From: an uncultured Clostridia bacterium
GTDB lineage: Bacteria > Bacillota > Clostridia > TANB77 > CAG-508
Direction: 5' to 3'
NCBI GenBank assembly: GCA_944391855.1
Contig: CALXVB010000005.1
Span: forward strand, 119 to 64,118
Length of the DNA: 64,000 nucleotides
In this document: positions 26,123 through 35,438 of the stretch, one piece after another
How positions within the stretch are numbered: position 1 is the first letter of the stretch
Layout of the letters: each line of letters opens with the position of its first letter
Position numbers and translations under genes: made by a program
The notes under the pieces: generated by a model
Told to the model about the DNA's origin: nothing
What the model saw: only the letters and a program-made list of their open reading frames with translations
Databases searched by the model: none

Positions 26123-28456
26123 GTGACAAAATTTACTAAAATGCAAGCTTATGGAAATGACTATGTATATATTGACGCTATAAATCAGGAAATAAATAAT
26201 GTACATGAACTTGCAAGATATATAAGTGATAGACATTTCGGAGTTGGTTCAGATGGGTTGGTTTTAATTTGCAAATCTGACGTAGCAGATTTTAAAATGA
26301 GAATGTTTAATCCAGATGGAACAGAAGGAGAAATGTGTGGTAACGCATTAAGATCTTTAAGTAAATATGTATATGACCATAGATTAACAGATAAAGAAGA
26401 ACTAAAAATAGAGACACTTGGTGGAATTCAACATGTTAAATTAACAGTTAAAGATGGACAAGCAGTTAATATTGAAGCAAATATTGGAAAGCCGGTATTA
26501 GATACAAATTTAATACCAGTAAATACTGACTTGCCAGAGTTTATAGAGCAAGAAGTTAAAATACTAGATAAAACATTTAAAATAACAGCTGTTTCTTGGG
26601 GAAATCCTCATTGTGTTATGTTTATAGATGACGTAGATAATTTTGATGTAGAAAAATATGGTAAAGCTATAGAATATAAAACAGAGCTATTTCCAAATAA
26701 AACAAATGTAACTTTTGCACAAGTAATAGATAGAAATACTATTAAAATTAGAGAATGGGAAAGAGGGACAGGAGAAACTATAGGTTGTGGAACTGGTTGC
26801 TGTACCGCAACTGTGGCAGCGGTTTTGACTGGTAGATGCGATAGAAAAGTAAGCGTTCACCAAATAGGCGGAATTTTAGAAACTAATTGGGACGAAGAGA
26901 CTGGCAAAATGTTTATGAAAGGTCCATCTCACACAGTATTTGAGTCTGAAATTAATGTAGATAATATATTAAAAAAATATAGAACTACTAAAGTGCAAGA
27001 ATTATTACAAAATGTGGACTATGAACTAGTAAAAGGAAGCATAAATGTAGATATTGAAGATATAAAAGACGATTCTAGAAAAGTAAAATTAAATGATATG
27101 TATATAGCAAAAGTAGGTAGTTCATCAGATGGACATACATATATACCAGACGTTATAAAAAAAGGTGCAAAAGTAATAGTGGTAGAAAAAAATATAGAAT
27201 TGCCAGAAGAGGATATTACAATAATAAAAGTTAAATCCTCAAGAGAAGCAATGGCAGAAATTTCAGCTGCGTATTTTAAATATCCTGCTAAAGAATTAAA
27301 AGTCATAGGAATTACAGGTACAGCAGGAAAAACTTCAACTTCAACAATATTAAAGAAAATGATTGAAGAAAATGGAGAAAAAGCTGGATTAATTGGTACT
27401 ATAGGTGCATTTATAGGTAAAAGAAAAATAACTCTTCATAACACCACACCAGAAAATTATGAAATACAGAAACTATTTAGAGAAATGGTAGAAGAAGGTT
27501 GTAAATATGCAATAATGGAAGTATCATCACAAGGTTTAAAAATGCATAGAGTAGATGGATTTACATTTGACTATGGCGTATTTACTAATATTTCTAAAGA
27601 ACATATAGGACCAAATGAGCATGAAAGCTTCGAGGAATATATGTACTGCAAAAGCTTGTTATTCCAAAAATGTAAAACTGGAATAATAAATGTAGATGAT
27701 AAGAACTGGGAAAATGTTACTAAAAATCATACATGTGATATAATAAAATTTGGAATAAATTCAGATAATGTAGATTTTAGGGCAAAAAACATTGAATTTA
27801 TTATGACAGATAAATTCTTAGGAATGGGATTTGAAGTAGAAGGAAAAATAAATGATAAATTTGAAGTCGCAATTCCAGGAAGATTTTCTGTATACAATGC
27901 TTTATGTGCTATAACAATAGCAAATGAATTAGGACTAAAGGTAGATTCAATGAAAAAAACATTAGAAACAGCGTATGTTAAAGGTAGAATGGAACTTGCA
28001 ATATCAAATGATAAATATAAGCTAATAATTGATTATGCTCATAATGAAGATGAAATGACTAATTTAATGGAAACTATTATGGAGTATAAACCTAAAAGAA
28101 TAGTTTGCATATTTGGTGGAGGAGGCAATAGAGCAAGAGACAGAAGATTTGATATGGGAGAAATATCAGGAAAATACGCAGGACTTACAATTCTTACAGA
28201 AGATAACCCTCGTTTTGAAGAAATAGATTCAATTAATAATGATATAATTACTGGATTAAATAGGAGTAATGGTAAATATATAACAATTAAAGATAGAGGG
28301 GAAGCAATAGAATATGCAATGAAAAATGCAAAAGAGGGAGATATCATACTTTTAATAGGAAAAGGACATGAGCAATATCAAGAGGTAAAAGGTATGCAAT
28401 ATTTCTGGGATGAAAGAGAAGCAGTAGAAAAAGCAAGAAAAAAACTAAATATATAA
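26123..28456 (+). CDS. dapF/murE: Fusion protein: diaminopimelate epimerase (DapF) plus UDP-MurNAc-L-Ala-D-Glu:meso-DAP ligase (MurE)
   Basis: Probable GTG start at 26123, 9 nt after aaggagg (TKFTKMQAYGNDYVYID). DapF catalytic Cys motifs EMCGNALR and GCGTGCC. After the linker DNILKKYRT come the MurE motifs DSRKV, GITGTAGKTST, DYAH and DNPR. No stop between the domains. Confidence 0.8.
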   Translation: MTKFTKMQAYGNDYVYIDAINQEINNVHELARYISDRHFGVGSDGLVLICKSDVADFKMRMFNPDGTEGEMCGNALRSLSKYVYDHRLTDKEELKIETLGGIQHVKLTVKDGQAVNIEANIGKPVLDTNLIPVNTDLPEFIEQEVKILDKTFKITAVSWGNPHCVMFIDDVDNFDVEKYGKAIEYKTELFPNKTNVTFAQVIDRNTIKIREWERGTGETIGCGTGCCTATVAAVLTGRCDRKVSVHQIGGILETNWDEETGKMFMKGPSHTVFESEINVDNILKKYRTTKVQELLQNVDYELVKGSINVDIEDIKDDSRKVKLNDMYIAKVGSSSDGHTYIPDVIKKGAKVIVVEKNIELPEEDITIIKVKSSREAMAEISAAYFKYPAKELKVIGITGTAGKTSTSTILKKMIEENGEKAGLIGTIGAFIGKRKITLHNTTPENYEIQKLFREMVEEGCKYAIMEVSSQGLKMHRVDGFTFDYGVFTNISKEHIGPNEHESFEEYMYCKSLLFQKCKTGIINVDDKNWENVTKNHTCDIIKFGINSDNVDFRAKNIEFIMTDKFLGMGFEVEGKINDKFEVAIPGRFSVYNALCAITIANELGLKVDSMKKTLETAYVKGRMELAISNDKYKLIIDYAHNEDEMTNLMETIMEYKPKRIVCIFGGGGNRARDRRFDMGEISGKYAGLTILTEDNPRFEEIDSINNDIITGLNRSNGKYITIKDRGEAIEYAMKNAKEGDIILLIGKGHEQYQEVKGMQYFWDEREAVEKARKKLNI

Positions 28457-28469
28457 ATATTAATAATAA

Positions 28470-28510
28470 AATGTCTAGTATTAAAGTAATATTTTGTACT
28501 AGACATTTTT
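28470..28510 (+). terminator. Terminator after murE
   Basis: AATGTCTAGTA ... TACTAGACATT followed by TTTT. Confidence 0.75.
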
Positions 28511-28567
28511 ACATATTTGTTTTAAAATAATGTGTGAATAAACAAAAGGAAAGGAATTAAAATTAAT

Positions 28568-29140
28568 ATGAACATCTGGCATGATATAAATAAAGAAAGA
28601 ATAAGCAAAAATGATTTTGTAGGAGTAGTTGAAATTTCAAAAGGTGGAAAAAACAAATATGAGTTAGATAAAGAGACAGGTATGCTTAAACTAGATAGAG
28701 TATTATACACAGCAACGCATTATCCTACTAATTACGGATTTATTCCACGTACATATGCAGAAGATAATGACCCATTAGACGTACTTATACTTTGTAATGA
28801 GGAAATACAGCCTCTTACATTGGTAGAATGTTATCCAATAGGCGTTTTAATAATGAATGATAATGGAGAGGAAGATGAAAAAATAATTGCAATATCTAGA
28901 AAAGACCCATACTTAAACGTATATAATGATATTTCAGCACTTCCAAACCATATATCAGATGAAATAAAACACTTTTTTGAAGTATATAAACAATTAGAAG
29001 GAAAAACAACTACTGTAGATAGAATGCTTGGAAGAGAAGAAGCAAAAAATATAATAGAAAAATGCATGAAAAAATATGAAGAAAAATTTGCGAACGTGGA
29101 CAAAAGGGACACTTCATTTTGTCCACAAAGAGAAATTTAA
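28568..29140 (+). CDS. ppa: Family I inorganic pyrophosphatase
   Basis: EISKGGKNKYELD, YPTNYGFIP and DNDPLDVL motifs. The last ~15 codons run into repeat B1. Confidence 0.9.
   Translation: MNIWHDINKERISKNDFVGVVEISKGGKNKYELDKETGMLKLDRVLYTATHYPTNYGFIPRTYAEDNDPLDVLILCNEEIQPLTLVECYPIGVLIMNDNGEEDEKIIAISRKDPYLNVYNDISALPNHISDEIKHFFEVYKQLEGKTTTVDRMLGREEAKNIIEKCMKKYEEKFANVDKRDTSFCPQREI
29096..29126 (+). repeat. REP-like hairpin, family B, copy B1 (inside the 3' end of ppa)
   Basis: GTGGACAAAA-GGGACACTTCA-TTTTGTCCAC. Confidence 0.75.
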
Positions 29141-29172
29141 GACTATAAAGTTTTATGACTAAGAGGTTAAGT

Positions 29173-29203
29173 GTGGACAAAAAGGAGTGTCCCTTTTGTC
29201 CAC
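29173..29203 (-). repeat. REP-like hairpin, family B, copy B2 (inverted relative to B1)
   Basis: GTGGACAAAA-AGGAGTGTCCC-TTTTGTCCAC. The loop is nearly the reverse complement of the B1 loop. Confidence 0.75.
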
Positions 29204-29220
29204 GCAGAGGATGGTAAAAG

Positions 29221-30432
29221 ATGATAGAAAAAATTATTTTTAATTTACTTGCTTTTGCAATTTTTATATTTGTTTTTGGAAGATTTATAAAGAAAAACGA
29301 TACAAGCTATGTATATATTTTAGGATTAGAATTTATTGGTATTGTAGTAAACTTTATAGAATTACTTTCAAATATTACTCTAAATGTTTTCTTTAAAGTA
29401 CTTATATGGATATTGTCAGTAATAATACCAGGAATAATGCTACTTATAGAATACAAGAGTAAAGTGGATTTTCCTGAGATATTTAACATCTTGTTAGCAA
29501 AGATTGCATTAGCTTCTGGAAATACTGAGAAAGCAAAAGATTATTTATTTAAATTAATAAATAAATATCCAGAAAGTTTTATGGGACATAAAACTTTAGC
29601 AGAAGTGTATGAGAAAGAGGAACAATATTCTGTGGCAGTAGATGAATATATTCGCGCCACAGAACTAAACCACAATAGAGACATAAAGCTAAACTATAAT
29701 ATAGCAAAACTTTTAAACAAATCCGATAGGCAGGAAGAGGCTATTACGGTATTGCAAGATATACTAAAGAGGAAGCCTGAATATTATGAAGCTACTAATT
29801 TGTTAGGAGAAGTTTTATGTGCAAATGAAAGGTATAAAGAAGCAATAAATGTGTATATGAATGCTTTAAGATATAATCCAGGAAACTACGACCTATACTA
29901 TAATCTAGGAATAGCATATACAATGGCAAATGATTTTCAAAGGGCAAAAGAATTTTATGAGAAGGCAGCTGAAATTAATTCATTATTATACAATGCTAAA
30001 TTAAGTATAGGACAAATTGCATTAATTGCAGGAGATTTAGATGAAGCAGAACAATTTTTTAAGGAAAGTTTAAAAGGGGAAGACGTAGAAGCGGGTTCTT
30101 ACTATTATTTATCACAAGTTGCAATTTTAAAAGGAGAAAAAGAAAAAGCAGCAAATTACATGAATATTGCAGTAGAATTGGACCCTAAAATATATAATAA
30201 AGCGCAAAAAGAAACAGTATTTACTCCAATTAAAAATGAAATAAAGAAACCAGAAAAAGAACAAATGGAAGAAAAGAAACAAACAAAGCTATTATTAAAA
30301 GAACGTAAAGCTCTAAACCATTTATCTAAAACTTGTTCATTAATTAGTGAACTAAATAATGATGATTTAACAATGATGAAAAACATAAAAGAGAAGGAAA
30401 TGGAAAAAGAAGAAAAACAACGTGGAGGATAA
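29221..30432 (+). CDS. Membrane-anchored TPR-repeat protein
   Basis: Three N-terminal hydrophobic segments followed by multiple 34-aa TPR-like repeats (..A...Y.KA.E..P.. pattern). Confidence 0.7.
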   Translation: MIEKIIFNLLAFAIFIFVFGRFIKKNDTSYVYILGLEFIGIVVNFIELLSNITLNVFFKVLIWILSVIIPGIMLLIEYKSKVDFPEIFNILLAKIALASGNTEKAKDYLFKLINKYPESFMGHKTLAEVYEKEEQYSVAVDEYIRATELNHNRDIKLNYNIAKLLNKSDRQEEAITVLQDILKRKPEYYEATNLLGEVLCANERYKEAINVYMNALRYNPGNYDLYYNLGIAYTMANDFQRAKEFYEKAAEINSLLYNAKLSIGQIALIAGDLDEAEQFFKESLKGEDVEAGSYYYLSQVAILKGEKEKAANYMNIAVELDPKIYNKAQKETVFTPIKNEIKKPEKEQMEEKKQTKLLLKERKALNHLSKTCSLISELNNDDLTMMKNIKEKEMEKEEKQRGG

Positions 30433-30501
30433 AAGTTAATATATAAAATACAAGCTATCTTCATATAATTAAATATATTAATTATGTGAGGTGAAAGACT
30501 T

Positions 30502-31419
30502 ATGAATATATCAATAATAGGTGGAGATTTACGAATTGCAAAATTAGCAGAAATGTATGCCAAAGAAACTAATACAGTATATACATATGGCCTAGAAAAG
30601 TATTTTGAGGATAATATAAAATACAAAAACATTATATTATGTAGTAAAATAGAAGATGTGATTGCAAATTCAAATTATATAATTTCCAGTATGCCATTTA
30701 CAAAAGATAAAATAAATGTAAATTCTCCATTTGCTAAGGATAAAATAACTATAGAAGAATTAAAAAATAAACTTTTAAAAAATGAGGAAAGAAAAATATT
30801 TTTTTTAGGTGGAATACCACAAGAATATTATGAAATACCAAGAAAACTAGAACAAGGAACAAAACAAGAAAAAAAAATAGGCAATATAGAATTAATTGAT
30901 TTACTGGAAATAGAAGAACTAACAATTTTAAATGCTATTCCAACAGTAGAAGGTACAATTAAAATTGCAATAAATGAAAGAGAAGAAACAATTCATGAAA
31001 GCAATATATTAGTATGCGGTTTTGGAAGAATTGGAAAAATCTTATGTGATAGATTTAGCAAACTAGGCGCAAATATATATTGTACAGCAAGAAAAGATAG
31101 TGACCTAGCTTGGATAAGAGAAAAGAGGTATATACCATTAAAATACAGTGAACTAAAAAACTATTTAAATAAAATAGACATAGCAATTAATACAGTTCCA
31201 TACATGATACTACGAAAAGAAGAATTGGATTTATTTAATGAAAATACATTAATAATAGATTTAGCATCAAGTCCAGGAGGGGTTGATACTAATTATGCAA
31301 AGCAAATAGGAATAAATACAATTACTGCTTTAGGAATTCCAGGAAAAGAAATGCCTAAAACAGCAGGTAATTATATAAAGAAAGTAATAGACGATATAAT
31401 TAATCAAAAGAAAAATTGA
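30502..31419 (+). CDS. dpaA: Dipicolinate synthase subunit A
   Basis: Collinear with SpoVFA by eye: IIGGD.R, NAIPTVEGTI, GFGRIGK, DLASSPGG, ALGIPGK..PKTAG. Confidence 0.8.
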   Translation: MNISIIGGDLRIAKLAEMYAKETNTVYTYGLEKYFEDNIKYKNIILCSKIEDVIANSNYIISSMPFTKDKINVNSPFAKDKITIEELKNKLLKNEERKIFFLGGIPQEYYEIPRKLEQGTKQEKKIGNIELIDLLEIEELTILNAIPTVEGTIKIAINEREETIHESNILVCGFGRIGKILCDRFSKLGANIYCTARKDSDLAWIREKRYIPLKYSELKNYLNKIDIAINTVPYMILRKEELDLFNENTLIIDLASSPGGVDTNYAKQIGINTITALGIPGKEMPKTAGNYIKKVIDDIINQKKN

Positions 31420-31433
31420 AAGGTAGTGAAAAA

Positions 31434-32240
31434 ATGACAGTTTTACAAGCTTTAATTTTAGGAGTAATACAAGGATTAACCGAATTATTACCAATATCTA
31501 GTTCAGGACACTTAGACGTAATACCATGGTTATTAAACTGGACTACAAACCCACAATTTAATATTGATTTTGAAGCATTTGATGTTGCATTACATTTTGG
31601 AACATTTTTAGCAATAGCATTATTCTTCTTCAAGGACTGGATAAAGTTAATAGTTGGAGGCTTTAATCAAGTAGTAAAAAAGAAGAAAACTACAGAGGGA
31701 AAAATGTTCTGGTATTTGGTAATAGCAACAATTCCAGGAGGAATTATAGGGTTACTATTAGATACTTTTGTAGGGGATACATTAAAAAAACCAGTAATTA
31801 TTGCAATAGCATTAATTGTAATGGGTATAATACTATATGTAGTTGATAAAAGAGCAAAATCAAAAACAGATTATGAACATATGACATTTAAACAAACATT
31901 TTTAATAGGTTTATCTCAATGTTTAGCATTTATACCAGGAGTTTCAAGATCTGGTATAACAATGACAACAGGAAGAGCAATGGGAGTAGACAGAGAATCT
32001 GCTGCTAGATATTCATTTATGCTTTCTGCACCTATTGTTTTTGCAGCGACACTATTTAAAATAGGTGATTTTGTATTTAACATTCCATTTTTTGTAGGAA
32101 TTTTAGCAAGTTTTATAGTAGGAGTTATAGTTATAAAATGGCTTTTAAATTATCTGCAAAAAGGAAGCTTTAAAATTTTTGCTATTTACAGAGTTATACT
32201 TGGAATAATAATACTAGTATTTGCATTTATAAGAATGTAA
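31434..32240 (+). CDS. uppP: Undecaprenyl-diphosphate phosphatase
   Basis: ILGVIQGLTELLPISSSGHL and GVSRSGITM motifs. ATG 31434 fits the family N-terminus better than the listed 31416. Confidence 0.9.
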   Translation: MTVLQALILGVIQGLTELLPISSSGHLDVIPWLLNWTTNPQFNIDFEAFDVALHFGTFLAIALFFFKDWIKLIVGGFNQVVKKKKTTEGKMFWYLVIATIPGGIIGLLLDTFVGDTLKKPVIIAIALIVMGIILYVVDKRAKSKTDYEHMTFKQTFLIGLSQCLAFIPGVSRSGITMTTGRAMGVDRESAARYSFMLSAPIVFAATLFKIGDFVFNIPFFVGILASFIVGVIVIKWLLNYLQKGSFKIFAIYRVILGIIILVFAFIRM

Positions 32241-32280
32241 AATTTTAAATCAATTAAAAAATAGAACAATATAAAACAAA

Positions 32281-32317
32281 AAATAGTAATTTACAAAAAA
32301 ATTGCTATTTTTTTGTT
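32281..32317 (+). terminator. Terminator after uppP
   Basis: AAATAGTAATT / AATTGCTATTT (one G-U pair) followed by a T run. Confidence 0.6.
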
Positions 32318-32474
32318 TTTGCTTACAAACACACTAATTAGTAAAAATTAGCAACACAAAAAATGCATACAATTAGTACAAAAACAAAAAATACAATTAG
32401 AAAAAGCCTTAAAAATGAAATATTACAAAAATGTTACAAAAATATTACAATTATATTAAATCTTTTAATTTATA

Positions 32475-32502
32475 TTGACTTTTTTACAAAAAAAGATAAA
32501 AT
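32475..32502 (+). promoter_or_regulatory. Candidate sigma-A promoter of the pilus operon
   Basis: TTGACT (32475-32480) - 16 nt - TAAAAT (32497-32502). Confidence 0.45.
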
Positions 32503-32617
32503 ATTAAGAGAACTGTGATTGTATTGTAGAAATTTTAAAGAGGAAAAAAATACAAGTATTATTTGTTACATTTTGCAAAATATAATAATGGTGCAAATAA
32601 AAACGAAGGAGAATAAA

Positions 32618-34237
32618 ATGTCAAGCTGCTTAGGATTATATATAGAAAACAATGTAATTAAATATGCAAAAGTAACTAAAGATCGTGAAATTTTAAAAAT
32701 AGAAGCATTTGGAGTAAAGTTTTACGATAAAATAGGTGAAGCACTTGAACAAATAGTATCAGAAACCTTTAGTTATAACATACCGATCAGCATTAATTTG
32801 TCTGAAGAAATATATAATTATTTCTACATGTTCAGTTTGCTTAACAAAAACGATTTGAAAAAAGCAATCGATACAGAGTTTGAATCATATTGTTATGACA
32901 AAAAACTAAACAGAAATGCTTTTGAAACAAGATTTGCGATATCAAACGAACAAGATGATAAAGACAAAATAAAAGTTATTCATGTATCTTCAAATAAATC
33001 TTCAATTTCAAAGTCATTACAAACCTTAAATGAGTATAAAGTATCTACAATTACACCAATAGGTACAAGTATTGCTAATATAGCTTCAATAAAACCAAAA
33101 GAAAACATAATAATTGTAAACATTGAAGAAAAGACAACTGTTACAACAATTATTAATCAAAAAATATATAATGTTATGAAGCTAGAGGAAGGCTCAGAAG
33201 AAATTTTAGACAAAATAGCAAGCAAAGAAAACTCATACTCAAAGGCTTATGAAATTTGCAAAAATTCTACTATATATACTATGGAAGGCAAAGAATTACA
33301 AGACGAAGAGAATGAGTATTTAGATTATATAATGCCTACACTATATAAAATAGTGACAAGAATTCAAGAATATGTAGCAAATTCAACAATAAAATTTGAA
33401 AAAATATATATAACAGGTCTTATGTCTGTTGTAAATAATATAGATTTATATTTTCAAGAATTTTTCCAAACAGAAAAATGCGAAATATTAAAACCATATT
33501 TCGTTACAGAAAATATAAAAATAAATATAAAAGATTATATTGAAGTAAACTCAGCTATAGCAGTTGCTATGCAAGGCTTGGGATATGGAATAAAAAACAT
33601 GAACTTTAAAAAGCCAAGTTTTTCAGATCAATTACCAGATTGGCTAAAACTAGACATAAGTTTAGGTAAAAAAGAAGGCAAATCAAAAAGTAATTTTAGC
33701 TTTAGTATGAAAGGAAAACTAGATGCTACAGAAAGATGGTTAATGAGAGCGGCAGCAGGAGTGTTAATGCTTACATTATTATATTCAGGTTTTGCTGTAT
33801 ATTTAGACAACAGAATAAATGATAAAATACAAGAAACAGAAGAAGTAAGCTTATATACAGATGCTCAAATAGCATTGGCTGATAATGATATAAATAATGT
33901 AAAACAAAAAGCAAATAAGTATAAGGAAATGGAAAACAACTTAAGAGATATTAACAACAAAATGGAAGATGATTTAAGTTTAAAAGGTTCAATTCCAAAT
34001 CTATTAATGCAAATTGCATCTACTATACCACAAGAAGTTCAAATAACTGAAATAGAAAATACAGCAGATAATGATGAAAGACATATTGTAATATATGCTC
34101 AATCAAGATATTATGATGAACTTGGATATTTCAAAGCTAAATTAAAAGAAGATGGAATCTTAAACAATGTTGTTTCAACACAGGGAGAAAAACAAGATGA
34201 TTTTGTTAAGATAGTTATAGAGGGGGATTTGCCATGA
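32618..34237 (+). CDS. pilMN: Type IV pilus assembly protein, PilM-PilN fusion
   Basis: ATG 32618 follows the SD gaaggag. Actin-like PilM region, then the TM LMRAAAGVLMLTLLYSGFAVYL and a PilN-like coiled periplasmic part. The upstream part of the listed ORF has no SD. Confidence 0.75.
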   Translation: MSSCLGLYIENNVIKYAKVTKDREILKIEAFGVKFYDKIGEALEQIVSETFSYNIPISINLSEEIYNYFYMFSLLNKNDLKKAIDTEFESYCYDKKLNRNAFETRFAISNEQDDKDKIKVIHVSSNKSSISKSLQTLNEYKVSTITPIGTSIANIASIKPKENIIIVNIEEKTTVTTIINQKIYNVMKLEEGSEEILDKIASKENSYSKAYEICKNSTIYTMEGKELQDEENEYLDYIMPTLYKIVTRIQEYVANSTIKFEKIYITGLMSVVNNIDLYFQEFFQTEKCEILKPYFVTENIKINIKDYIEVNSAIAVAMQGLGYGIKNMNFKKPSFSDQLPDWLKLDISLGKKEGKSKSNFSFSMKGKLDATERWLMRAAAGVLMLTLLYSGFAVYLDNRINDKIQETEEVSLYTDAQIALADNDINNVKQKANKYKEMENNLRDINNKMEDDLSLKGSIPNLLMQIASTIPQEVQITEIENTADNDERHIVIYAQSRYYDELGYFKAKLKEDGILNNVVSTQGEKQDDFVKIVIEGDLP

Positions 34238-34899
34238 GAAAAGTATTAATTTCAATATTACTTATACTGTTAATTGTATTGGCATATTTCACAATATTTC
34301 AAGGAATATCTATAGGAACATTTAAAGTATTAAGTACAAACGATATAATTAAACTTAATGATGACTTAACAGTAAAAATAGGAGAAGCAAATAAAAAAAT
34401 TAAAACTGATTTACAATCAAAAAGATCAGAATTAAATGAAAACATAAATATATTATTAGATAACAAAGAAAGTTACTATAATCTAGCAAATGTAAGTACA
34501 GAAAGCGAAATAACAGAAGCAAGTACAGAACAAGTGTATAGCATAGAATACTTATGGGTAAGAGTTGGAAGACACGCCAGAAGCGAAGGTGTAAACATGA
34601 AAATGGATGTACTAGCAGGAGACACAGGAGATGCTAGTGTTAAGAATATTAACTTTACAGCAGTAGGAAAATATATGGCAATTATGAACTTTGTATCAGC
34701 ATTAGAAGATGATAGTGAACTTGGATTTAGAATAGAAGATTTTCATTTAGTACCAGCTGAAGATGAAATAAATTTACAAGCTACATTTAGTGTTACTGGT
34801 ATAAGAACAAGAGTAGAAAATACTACAGTTTCAGTTGATACAACAAGTACAGCAGAGCCAAATAATGTTGAAACAAATACAAATGAAGCCCAACAATAA
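34234..34899 (+). CDS. pilO: PilO-like pilus assembly protein
   Basis: ATGA overlap with the pilMN stop. N-terminal TM plus coiled coil, in the conserved position. Confidence 0.6.
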   Translation: MRKVLISILLILLIVLAYFTIFQGISIGTFKVLSTNDIIKLNDDLTVKIGEANKKIKTDLQSKRSELNENINILLDNKESYYNLANVSTESEITEASTEQVYSIEYLWVRVGRHARSEGVNMKMDVLAGDTGDASVKNINFTAVGKYMAIMNFVSALEDDSELGFRIEDFHLVPAEDEINLQATFSVTGIRTRVENTTVSVDTTSTAEPNNVETNTNEAQQ

Positions 34900-34916
34900 A
34901 AGAAATGGAGGCAAAT

Positions 34917-35354
34917 ATGCTAAAATCAGTAATTAAAGAAATTTTTATAATATTACTTTTAAGTATAGCTATATTACTAATTATAGGAATACTATTTTAT
35001 GATTATATTCCGATAAATAAAGTTGTACCAGAAAAAGAAGCATATACAACACCTGATGAAGTTAAAAATGAAATAGACGAAGAAATAGCTGAATCAGAAA
35101 AAATAGAAGTAACTTATGAGGTTACAGATTCAGACTTGAACGTATATGAACAAAGCGGAAGCTATTCAGAAGGTAAAGCAAATCCATTTGCTTTAGAAAA
35201 TACAACAGATGAAAATCAGACAGAAAGTGAAGAACCAAAAGATACAAACACAAACGATGATAACAATAATAACAACAATAATGATAATAATAATTCAGAT
35301 ACAGTAGATAAAAATTCAACAGGAACATTTTTCAATGATGAAGGAATTAAATAA
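34917..35354 (+). CDS. Single-pass membrane protein with an acidic, Asn-rich tail (possible PilP-like accessory protein)
   Basis: N-terminal TM IFIILLLSIAILLIIGILFY. GKANPF motif reminiscent of the R(D/N)PF motif of PilP-type proteins. ggagg sits 5 nt before ATG 34917. Confidence 0.45.
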   Translation: MLKSVIKEIFIILLLSIAILLIIGILFYDYIPINKVVPEKEAYTTPDEVKNEIDEEIAESEKIEVTYEVTDSDLNVYEQSGSYSEGKANPFALENTTDENQTESEEPKDTNTNDDNNNNNNNDNNNSDTVDKNSTGTFFNDEGIK

Positions 35355-35438
35355 ACACAAAACTATTTAATTCATTAAGTAACGGTTATATTTATTTTAT
35401 ATAGATATACACAAAAAAATTTAAAGGAGGAGTTTTTT

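Noticed and set aside
30156-30632. 158-aa minus-strand ORF spanning the TPR gene end and the dpaA start
   Set aside because: It crosses an intergenic region and two well-supported plus-strand genes. Its composition is hydrophobic and low-complexity, and it has no SD.
32519-32617. Upstream extension of the pilMN ORF (listed start at 32519)
   Set aside because: There is no SD at 32519. A good SD precedes ATG 32618, and the PilM-like sequence begins there.
32241-32617. c-di-GMP riboswitch upstream of the pilus operon (as in Clostridioides difficile)
   Set aside because: The region is almost pure A/T with no GC-rich helices or conserved riboswitch core that I can recognise.
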